A stretch of DNA of 64,000 bases from Laetmonice hystrix (taxonomy: Eukaryota): the NCBI GenBank assembly GCA_965235115.1, contig OZ249445.1:4278001-4342000 (forward strand). Direction: 5' to 3'. Position 1 is the first letter of the stretch. Every line of letters starts with the position of its first letter. The notes below the pieces were generated by a model, which worked only from the letters and a program-made list of their open reading frames with translations, had not been told where the DNA came from and made no database searches. Below, in pieces: positions 39,901-51,900 of this stretch. Both the position numbers and the translations under genes were made by a program.

Positions 39901-42900
39901 GCCTGCATGCTCTCCAACCTCATCTTTCCCTCCTCCAACTTGGTCTGTAGGTGTAGCAGTTTGACCTTTTGGACCTGTTCCTCTTCTAGAGCCTTGAGCC
40001 TTTCTCTTTCCTCTGCTAGTTCCGCTTCTGCTCTCACTCTCAAAGAGTACACGGATGACCTTCCAGTCCCAGCCGATGACGGGCAAGATTGTTGTTCACT
40101 AGCTGATTCCCCAAAGATTGATGGGTGAGCATGTTTCATGTCTCGCGTTTGCTCCCGCTCGTGTTTAAAGTCAAACTCCTCTGGATCCTCCAGACGGCGA
40201 GTGGTCAAAGTTTGGCCAAGCGCTTCTGAGATTTCAGCACAATTATCCACCTTCATAACGACTTCCTTAGTAGGGGCAACCAGTATCCTTAGCTCCTCGT
40301 ATGATTTCAGAACTTCACTATGGCGTTGGTTCAGTATAATTTGCATCTCAGATAGGTGTCCAAGTGTCAGTGGCGAGAGAAGACACTTCCTAGTTTTGGA
40401 GGCAGTCTCTCTCCACCTTTCGTAGGCGGAGTTAACTGTACGTGTTCTCCGGCTGATTTCCTCGTCAAGGTTTTGCTGTGCCTTTTCCGTCAACTTCCGC
40501 TCTCTGTTGCTCCTTCGAACACCATCCTCTTGCGGTGGTTGGGGTTCGAGTCTTGAGACCTGTCCCTGATGCTCCATAACTTGCACGTGATCTGGATTCG
40601 TCTCGGGATTAGGTATATTGCCCACGTCTGCGTCTGGCTTCGGTAGCTGTGCTCGTGCCTCTCCTTCTTGTTCCATAACTTGCACGTGATCTGGATTCGT
40701 CTTGGGATTAGGTATATTGCCTACGTCTGCATCCGACTTCGGTAGCTGTGCTCGTGCCTCTCCCTCTTGTTCCCCTTCTACTGAGTGACTGCGATTTGAC
40801 ATGATGAAGTTCTCTTCCTAACTAACTTGAACGACGGTTTAATATACTTCAGCAATGTCTTGACACAACTTCTTGTCACTGTATTGACGAGGCTCAGCAC
40901 CAACCTGAAGTACGGTAGTTGGCAATGGCCTAGTAACGACCTGACAATCCAATCAACGACTTGACACACATCCCAGGTGCTGACGATAACTTGGTTTAAC
41001 GTGACACTGCAGCAAACTCGACGACGACATGACACAGTCTCAGCACCAACCTGATGATTGGAGTAGTTGGCGACGATCACACATGTCACGACACAGCAGG
41101 CCTCGATGGCGTCACACGGTATCCACCCGAACTCCAACGTAATCAGTGTCTTTCGGATTCCATCCAGACTAGTAGCAACGACGTCGGACTGTAGCATCGA
41201 TGCATAATATGGTAGCGAAGGGCTTACTTGCGAGTTGTCCGGTAGGCTTCAGCTCAGGCATTCCCCGACATCACGGAGCACACGCAGCACATGGCTTCAC
41301 GTTTAGCTTGCGCTGTGTTGTTGTGATCGCGTGTGTTTTTTCACTGTACCGCCCCATGGTATAACGAAGACCTTGGTTGTGTTTTGACGAACTGAAGTTA
41401 GTTTAATTCGATCTCTCTACACTGACAAATGTTGCTAACTACGTGAAAAAACACGTGCGTCTCCCTCGGAGCGGTAGGCGATAATTCAGTCCTTCAAAGA
41501 CGCGACTACCACCTTCAGTACAACCCTAAAACGCGCGACTATAAATTTCAGTACGTACGATCGTCACAGATTAATTGGCGCACACTGAGCATGTATTATA
41601 CACAAAAAGGTCAGTGCTCTTTAGATAGGGTCTGTTTGATTATTGCATGACAAAAACTGTTGAGAAACACAGGAACGCGGCACGGAGGCCGAGAGCTGTA
41701 CGGTCCGGGGCCCAGATACTTCTCAACATGACTGAAGTGGCGGATGCAGTACAGCACACCTGCGTTGATCAGGCTGCTTGTTCACCACGTAGCCTCCTCA
41801 GACCCCACACCGCCCTCCAAATCCTGAATCCGCCCCTGAATTTACCGTCATTGTGATACTGTACACGATAACAGGCGTTTTGTTTCGGTGTCTGGAGGTT
41901 CTCTTGTCTCTTTTCTTTCTTGTCGTTCTTCCAAAAGTGAGAACGCAACTCTATAACCAACACATCCTTGAGACATCTGCAGTTAAACTAAATTTTATCT
42001 AACTTAATTTGGGTAGATAATTTTATGCAAAAACAGAGTCAATACAGGATGTACTAAGTACCATAGGGTTTCCAGTAACCCCCACATTATAGGAATGGGG
42101 CATATTGCCACATAATGGCACACGAAAGGTAAGTAGGTCTATAGATCTCCAAATTATCTGTTAATTATCTACTGCAGATATAGGTTTAGTTAGCCTGCAT
42201 GTTATTGTGAGATGTTGGAAATGGAAAATAACATGGACTTATGACAAGGGCCGTACGTGGTGTACCCAGAAACTGGACCCAGGGGGGTGCTGGAAATAAC
42301 CAACGTCGTAGGCGCTGCAAATTGGCAACAAGCGCACCAAAAAAACAAACCCCCAAAAATTTGGCAAATTGAGGGGGGTGCTTGAGCACCTCAAGCACCC
42401 CCCCCCCCGGGTACGCTACTGAAGGGTGCATGGAAACAGTTGCTGCATGGCCTGTCGGTCAACCGCGGTCGGTAAACACTTGAGGCCACACGGCTCGTTT
42501 CAGGAGCTATATATATGACCTGCCTTCCCAGTGGCCATCTTTTATGGGCTGGATAGTATAACCAGAGTACAATTTTAATTTCGTACCTGAGCAGTGATGT
42601 GAGGGGGAGAAGAAAGGTCAGCCGCCCACCCGCCCTTAAAAAACACCTGGCCAGTGGTCACACACCCATAACGTTGTCGCGATATCTCCATATCGGCGTT
42701 TTCGTGACCTCAGACCTACTTCCGGCGACGCCAGGTATAACAAACGCTTTCAGGCATTCTTTCCTTCGTTAGGTTTCGCTCGTAAAAAAACACGTTGGAG
42801 TAAATTACGCGTGAAATAGGAACGCCTGTATGCCTGGGGTGGGGCAGGGGGCAGGCATATAGATCTATAGTTTGCATTCACTGGCATCTTTTGGTAAAAT

Positions 42901-45900
42901 TAGGAGGTTATAGGAAGCGGCTATATAGGGACCTTCTGGAGTAGACATTTTGGACGAAGATATATTTTTTTATCAATATTTCCAAAATAACAAATGTTTT
43001 GGAAAAATTGACGATTTCAGATTGGTGCTGTCCTTCATGCACCCTATAAATGTAAAGTATTGCCGGTCACTGCTGTCTCCCTTCAGTATTTATTGCATCC
43101 CAAATCCACACTCCAACCTCACTGGCGACAGACACCAAACACAGAGAACTCCGCTTGCATACTTCCTGCCTTCCCGGCGTTCATTGATCACAGAATATTT
43201 ATATTATTTCTACATATAGATCATAATATTAATGAGATATATAGGTATACGTTTTGTACCACGCCATTCATAGCCGGAAGGGCCTATGACCATGCCGTAG
43301 AGGGCCAAAGCCATTCCTCTGTCATGTCTTGTACTGAACGGTATCAGTTCATCCCTCGGCGGGAGAACACCGTCCCGTACTACATGAAACCAAAGCCTCA
43401 TACTGTATCCATCACAGTTCACGAAGGTCAAGGTTCGTGACCTCGTGCCCCTGGGCCCACTCCCTGTCGCCGGGTACAAGGGTAGCGCCCGTTCGGAGGA
43501 AAGCAACACGTGCCGGTGGATCAAAATCATCTGGGAGTTTTTTCATTAGCTGATTTACTTTTCGAAAATATTAAAGAAAACCATTAAGATGAGGTTACAC
43601 TTTTACAAGTTCTGTAATTTGGATGGCTCCGTGTGGCATCTAAGTGTTTCATTAACATATTGAGTATTAGCCAAAAGAGGTCATATAGTTCCACATCAAT
43701 CAATCCTTGACCCACTTACTACAAACATAAAACATTTTAAATGTTTGTTTTTACCACATGTAAAGGAGTATATTGGCTTTAAACTGGTGAAAAAACAAAG
43801 TGATTAATATACCCAGTGAATAGTGAAGTGCATGGAGTATTGGAGAAACACCCGCCCAATTCCCAGCCTGTTCACTATGGCAATCAGTAATGTGTTTCTC
43901 CCTAATTGCAGGCGATAACCTCATCAACTCTTTTCCCCATTGACCCCAAGAGCTTCTGTATCTGCTGTTCGGCAAGGTTTCCCAACTCATTCCTAAGTAT
44001 GATATTACAGATAGTTGGTGTTTATAGGTCTCTTTATGCCATACATTTTGTTGCCCCCTTTTGTGCAGTATCTATACTTCTGGCTGGTATTTATTTCTTT
44101 CGTGATAATGAGCCAAGGGCAACCCAAAGAAACGCAGTTCTGGGGAGGCACAAAGACCTGATGCTTCAGCGTGATTAACCTTAACACGAAATACCCACAG
44201 TTTACATCAATCTTGAGGTCAACCAATGATGTGTTTCCGGTCGTGTCAAACTGATGCCAACAATAGTTTTAAGTGTAATTGCATGATGTTCCACGCACAT
44301 AATACGCTAATGTATAATAGCGCTTGAACAATAGTAATAACTTAATCACTTTTTAATCGGGCTCTACCTTATATTGTTCAGTAAATATTTTTACCACAAA
44401 TATAATGGCAGGTGCTGATGTGTATAGATTTGTTGGTGCTTTTTTTGTACCGCATGTACTGGTATAATATCCTGAATTCGACTCCTCTGTACATATCTCA
44501 GACCATAGACGGTTTATATGTATACGTTCCCAGAATGTGGATACGGACCCCCAGTCAGGAGGCCAAGCCCCCATTTAGCCCGTTGTGTACCCGTTGCCCT
44601 CGCCTACACAGTTAGAGTTTAAAAAAGTACAAACAATAGGGCTATACAGAGGATGGGATGGAGTAAAACGTTGCCGGTCACACAGCACATTATGCGTACG
44701 GTTTAGTTGAGTGAATACGTCCGATATTATAGCTGTGGTGGGCGTTCACTCAGGGTTTGACGTCTGCTGTTATTCCGCTATTATAGGCCCGATACAACCA
44801 CTGACCACAAAATAACCTACTTACTTTTTTACCCTCAGATATACTTTGTCAATGCAATATCTAACCACAGGAGGCGTAATTATGATGATATTTGATAAAA
44901 AGACATTAAAGATATCATTACAGGAAGCCTCATGTCGTGTACAAGTATATTATGATGAAAGGGGTCAACAAGTGAGTCAGTGTACGACTCAACCTGCAGT
45001 CTGACCCACTCGGCATAGAGCCATGCACCGAATGGAAAACAAGAAGGGGGCTCTTCTGTATTAACAAACATCAAACTTTTTTTGTGTGTTCTTGGAAATT
45101 CCTTGGCCCTGTCAATTAATACTTTCATATCACTCCCAAATATAGCAGTACAATATCGCAACTATATTCCGCCCCGAAAAGTAATAATTCCATATTTAAG
45201 TATTCAGTGACACCTATATTTTATAAACTCATCACTATAGTATGGCGATGCATAGAGTAAACTGCGGCCAGGCCAACAAATTGAACGCCCCTGATGGTTA
45301 GAATTTCTCGTCTGTGTAAACCTTGTCAAGATGGCCATCGTGGCATCATTCCTCAAATATTTCACCGACTTCAGGGCGCGCACATGTCTGTATGCTTCAT
45401 GGACTACAATAGTGTTCACCGACTTAAGGGCGCGGATACAGAGCCAGGCATACATGGCTGTATGCATCATGGACTACAATAGTGTTCGCCGACTTGAGGG
45501 CGCGGACACAGAGCCAGGCACACATGGATGTATGCTTCATGGACTACGAAAGTGTCCACCGACTTGAGGGCGCGGACACAGAGCCAGGCACATGGACTAC
45601 AATAGTGTTCACCGACTTGAGGGCGCGGACACACAGCCAGCCACACATGGCTGGACTATACAATAGAAGCCGTATTTTACTGCGTACAGGAAGCAATAGC
45701 ACTATTTTATTTATTGTTACTTCCCCTATACAAGAAGGAAGAAACAATAAAGGAAGCAAGTTCTATAGTTTTTCTACATGCCCATAGATTAAGAGACAAA
45801 TTATATAGTTATAGCTATTACGTAAGTGCTACTTGATGACCGTATAAAGTAAATGTGTGCTGCCAATAATTATGTAAACTCCTTGGTAGCTTTCCGTGAA

Positions 45901-48900
45901 GGTAAACACATAATGACTTAAATACTTACTAATCACCCTGCCAGCCTACAGCTTGCCAGACCAAGTCTGCACGTGTCGAACGGGGCCCACGCCATGGCGT
46001 GTGACCCTCTGTTTATCTGCCAATTAACACTATGCTCATCACTATAAGGCACTTTTAATTGGGTTAGACAACGCAAACAACANNNNNNNNNNNNNNNNNN
46101 NNNNNNNNNNNNNNNNNNNNNNNNNNNNNNNNNNNNNNNNNNNNNNNNNNNNNNNNNNNNNNNNNNNNNNNNNNNNNNNNNNNNNNNNNNNNNNNNNNNN
46201 NNNNNNNNNNNNNNNNNNNNNNNNNNNNNNNNNNNNNNNNNNNNNNNNNNNNNNNNNNNNNNNNNNNNNNNNNNNNNNNNNNNNNNNNNNNNNNNNNNNN
46301 NTCCGATCGCTACAACAAGTTAAACCTGTGCCTTATATTCCATTCTTTTACTGTCACAGCGACCTGGATCTCCTGTCAATTTCATTTTGATCTCCCTACA
46401 GGATGGAATGACGTGGGCTGGCACAACCCGGCAATGCTGACCCCAAACCTGGACCGTCTGGCGTACAGTGGGGTCATTCTCAACTCATCTTACGTCCAAC
46501 CCGTCTGTAGTCCGTAAGTAACATAAACCCTCCTTCTCCTCATTGTGATGACGTCAGTAACATTATGACGTCAGTGACTCTCCACCTTACCATTATTACG
46601 TCAATGACGTGCCTCTCCACCTTACCATTATTGCGTCATTGACGTGCTTTTCTTATTTACCATTATTACGTCAATGGTGCAACGTCTGCCCGTCATCTTA
46701 CCATTTTTACGTCATTAACGTAGCGTCTACCTCTTCATCTTACCATTATTACGTAAGTGACGCAGCGTCTCTTCACGGTATCATTAATACGACCAGGAAA
46801 GTTTGATGAGGGCTAGATGCTAGCTCTAACCACGGTAAAGTAATAAAATTTGATCAAAACCAAAAGTAAACGCGTGTAATGGTACTATGGAGATACCAAT
46901 TAAGTTATAGTGGGATCACAAGGACCAAAGCCAGCACAAATCACCGGGGAGTGGCAGTCAAGATTTCCCGACAATCCTTTCGTTTATTGAGTACTACAAT
47001 ATAACGAGAGGAAACTACGCCATAAAAGACAGGGCAATAAATCCGAACCACTCCCAGCTGAGACAACACTGCGCCATACTTGTCACATTCTTGCCAGAGA
47101 ATTCTTACTGGGAGAAATCGGTCACCTCTTCTGGAGCGTGTCCTGGATACACAACACGGCGGGAAATGTCACTTCTTTTATGGAATCTCGACCTTTTTAT
47201 GGTGGTGACGGTGTGTGGTGAGTGTGGCGTGACATATAGCCCGGGTTTATGTCACTGTGATGTGATGAAAGCCGATACATGGTCACGTGCCATCACCAGG
47301 ACAGTTCCCGTCATGTTTCGTACTACCGTAGTATCTGTCAATGTCACGGTGGATTTTGAAATGATATTGAGATAACATCAGTCAAGGTCAAACTTTTCTA
47401 TTCGGATCCGTAACTACGACGGGCATGGCCGGTGAGGGGTGTATATCTGGTAGGAAAATGGATGGAACTATGACGGCGTATAAACGCGACTGGACATGAT
47501 TCATTATGTCACGCGCATGCATATTTTGGGAGACGTCCAATCAGAGATAGTTGTCCCACGTGGCGTGACGTATATGTTATGACGTATGCTGTGACGACAA
47601 GTGGTTCGATCCGAGCGCCCTCATACAGAGCCTCGTGTGGCCGCGATGTCCGTCATCGTTCAACTAACCCCCGCCCTAAACACTATCACTCGTCCCTTCT
47701 ACACTCCCTCCCAGGTCGTGGTTTACAAACACTCACCGGAACGACGCTTGTGTGGAGTCCCAGTGTCTGACGACCCGCACGGAACGCTGCCACAAGATGA
47801 CAGGACAATGACAGGTCATTCTCTTAATCTATATACTATAGGACCAGTGTCCCAAGGGAAGGTGGTGACCTTTAATGATGGACACAGTGGGATACATGGG
47901 ATCCCGCAAAGCTCCTCCTTAAAAATATTCGGGGGAAGACGGTTCTCAATGGATGCACGGTCGTACCTCTGTGGGCAATGACAAGGCATGGGTGACCTTC
48001 GATCTGACGACCATGACCTGACATTTCTGTGCAAACTCAAGCCGAGAACCGTTTTGACGGATGAGGAGCAGGATGGAGGCGGGGGGGGGGGGGGGGGTGA
48101 GGGAACTGACGGCCTTGTAGTGATGGATTATTGTAACATTGAGTGCAGCTCGGTCAGCCTATCCCTGTCATCCTGGGGAAAAATGTCCGTTTATAGAGAA
48201 TGCAGGTGCCCGTTTTGGGATGAATGAGATTTGACCTCTAAGTTTATGTGAGGAAATAGAAGTTTATGGACACCCCCTCAGTGATGTATGCGTCCGCTGG
48301 ATCGTACAATCTCAAGATGTTTCCTGATCAATATCACATTTCTCATAAAAGTATTTCACATTTTCACTTTTCAAACGGAAGATTATTTTCTGGCATTAGG
48401 GCTACATAATTGTTATTCATTGCGCATTATATCGCGTGCTTGACGATACGATCTGTGCGCATGGATGATAACATTTGGCATGTGTATTTCACTGCACTTT
48501 ACTGGAAAGTCCATAATCCAGTCTCCACATTTTAAACACTCTGACCTGTTAGATGCAGTGAAATGTTTTCAATGTTTGACCTGCTTGTATACTTTCAGGT
48601 CTAGATCGTCATATCTCACGGGATACTACCCATTTAAAATGGGAATGCAGGTATAATGTTCTTAGCATATAATTGCTCTACACAATGTAGTTAGATTGCT
48701 GAGGTCTACTTTAAGAATAAGAGAGACTGTCTCTATTTCATGCATTGACACGAAACTATACTTTTTTTGCGTATACGTTTTTCCCCTTGAACTTCTTACA
48801 CTGAGTCTGTGAGGTTTAATTCGAAGCACTTGGGCTGGGGTAATGTGACTTGATATCTATGACGCATGCAGGTTCACACTATAATATACTGTAACACATA

Positions 48901-51900
48901 CTGACAGGTGCCGACGTCAGGGGTAGATGGAGGGGGTAAAACCTGCGGCAAACATCTACACAAAATTTGGCACAAAGTGACTTTCACTGTTGTGTGGCGC
49001 ATACATGAATCTGCACTCAAACTCGCTGCCGATTGTTCCTTTAAAGTCCAAACACAGGGCCAAACAGAACCCTCCCACCACTACGTATTGTTCTTTGGAT
49101 AACGTGTTTTATTGTTTGCATTGGGTAGTTTAGTTTTTTCCGGTATATACTGCATTATCTGGCCACAGTTGAACACGCTTCCGGTAGCGCCTCTCTGACG
49201 TTTAAACGGCAAACGGAAGACAATCTCTGACCTTTCTCTATATGACATGAAATTTAATAATGGCGAAGGTCTGCATGGCAACCTGATGAAAACCGCAGGG
49301 AATTGCAAAACATAACGATTCCTGTTTCCACATGAAAGCCCCCGAATGTCATGGACACCGTCTGGTTTCTTTTGACAAAATGGTTTGTCGTTATCATGGA
49401 GGACGGTAGAGGTCCGATATCTCGTTACGGGTCGTGACGGCAATGATGGCAATGATACCCTGTGCCCCCCCCCCCCACACACACACACACATCCGCTGGG
49501 AAGATCTCGATCGCCTTCAGCTGTTTAAGACAATAGGTTGGAAGGAAATCAAACAAGAGTTTAAGAAGTTGAAAAACATTTACGAATGGTTTATATTTAC
49601 ATGATTGAGGTGTCAGAATCGTCACGCTTGTGTTAAAGTTTAGAAAGAAAACTTTTTTCATAATCCATCTAAACCTGCTGTTCAAACACATGTCGAACTT
49701 TTTCTGCTACTCTCCCCCGCGCCCTTGCCAAATTCCCTTTTAACGACACGACCATGGTTGAAGTCGGACGTCGCTTTAGGCTGGAAATTTGAAAAAAGGC
49801 ATGGCGCCCCAGTGCAGGATTCTGGGTGCATTTTATCCTTATCTTACTGAGTTGATTTGAAGTGCCTGATTTGAATTATGACTCCTTGTATTGAAGCACG
49901 GGCGAATCGTGCGGAACAAGCCACACGGAGTGCCGGTGAAGTTTAGAATGCTGCCAGAGGACTTGAAGGAGCACGGGTACTCCACCCACCTGGTGGGCAA
50001 GTAGGTATTCCCGGGGTTAAACCCCACCCCTTACAGGTCTTACAATACTACGATTACGGGAGCCAAATCACTTCAGTATTATCAAGGAGATTAGTCCCGT
50101 TATTCCCCAGCCTGAAGGTCATGTCTCACCTCCATCAGGAGCAGAGATTTTATTGTCAAACATCGCTGGATTCATTGGAGTAGTTTTACTGACCGGCAGA
50201 AGATGGCAGCTGAATGGAAAGAGCTAATAAAATCCCCCCGGTTGTTCGTTAATTGTTTAAATGTTGCAAACTTTTGCTAATTGAATTCTATTAGAAAGTA
50301 ATTCCGTTCAAAGCGGCTTTACCCTACGTTAACCTCGTTTCCCGCTAGATGGCATCTCGGATTTTGTAAGTGGGGCTACACGCCGACCAGCCGAGGGTTT
50401 GACACGTTCTATGGGTTTTACTCAGGGTCCCGAGACTACTACACGCACAAAGCTGGCAAAGGTGAGCGACCAGACACGGATCATAGCTTTGTAAGTCACA
50501 CCAATAATCTGACTTGTTCCATGGTAGGTCACGGAGTCGACTGAGATCGACGTGTTGAAAACTTTATCAACAGAGGGTGCCAGCGGTCAAACGCCATCTA
50601 TCGGCAACTGGCAGAATTGCCCAAATGGGAAATCTAAGCGGAAGTGTGAGCTTTGACTTTTATTGGCAGGTTTGATTAACACCAGACTGATATGTTTGCA
50701 GAAAAAGGCTTCGATTTTCGATATAACAAAAAACCTATAAAACATCGTGGTATACACTCGTCGGTAAGCTCCTTTCTCACTCCTATTGATAACTTGCTAA
50801 TTAATTCTCATGTGTAAATTTACAGAGTAGACAAAATTAATGTATGGTGCCTCTGTAAAATTGGAGGTTTGGTAGCAGCAGCGACCCCTATGGACCGAAT
50901 CGGGAATGAGACCTGGGTCCCCAAGGCCGAAATGACAAAACATATGAATGAAATAATCAAGAACATAACACAAATAAATTGAAATAGGGATGTACTAATG
51001 AATTACATCATGTGTGCCCATACAGAAACTGTTCACTAAACGAGCAGTTCGTATCATCAACCACCACAACAGTAGCACGCCACTCTTCCTCAACATGGCT
51101 TTCCAGCTACCACACTCCCCTCTACAGGTGGGAATAGGTACTAAATATAGTGGTCATTATGTGGCTCGTGGCTTCTTAACAGTCGTTCTATGCAGTTTCT
51201 TCTTTTCTAAAAATATCCGGCGATAACGTTATTGAGGTATACGTTATTAACAAGATAAGTAGCCTACCTAGGCCTAAATCACACACCTTTCACTATATTG
51301 ATTGCATTCTTTGTATTAAAGGTACCAAAGGAATATACTAATCTGTACTCAGACATAAGAAGTCTTCGAAGACGGAGATATAGTGGTAAGCAATCAGTTC
51401 TTCTTATATAATTATTTAAACATATTGAACCTGTTAACTCGGTGGTCCATTGCTGGGCATCAGTAGCATCAGGCTTAGCCCCTATATCTGATAGAGTCGG
51501 CCTAAACGATTTGTTGTTGGGCACAGGGATGGTTTCGTTGATGGATGAGTCGGTGGGCAAGATAGTGTCGGCACTGACCGCCAACAACATGATCGACAAC
51601 ACCGTGATTGTCTTCTTATCGGACGTACGTAATCATAGAGCCGATTTAGAACCAGGTTAAATAAGTAAAGAAAATCATGAATGGTTCGGTCATATTGAGT
51701 AAACTTGCTTCACATTCATTATGTAATGCGGACATTTTGCTGACGTAGAATGGTGGCGCCCCCTATGAGGGAGGTAATAACTGGCCGCTCCGTGGCGCCA
51801 AGGGTACGCTGTGGGAGGGCGGCGTACGCACCCCAGCGTTCGTGTGGGGACCAATGTTGAAGAAAACAGGCTATGTCTCTCACGAGTAAGTTTTCACAAT

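Larger units (their letters stand above)
34141..41568 (-). mobile_element. Intact BEL/Pao LTR retrotransposon, 7428 bp, antisense in arylsulfatase intron 1
   Basis: Two 224-bp TG..CA LTRs identical by eye; 5-bp TSD GATTA (34136-34140 and 41569-41573); polypurine-tract-like TTGGTGGGAG next to the 3' LTR; one uninterrupted gag-pol ORF. Confidence 0.97.

Noticed and set aside
34614-41344. Many short ORFs antisense or out of frame within the retrotransposon
   Set aside because: Shadow ORFs of the long gag-pol frame.
43210-43530. Protein-like minus-strand ORF ([17 protein letters not shown]..)
   Set aside because: Only faint resemblance to known folds and no supporting splice chain.
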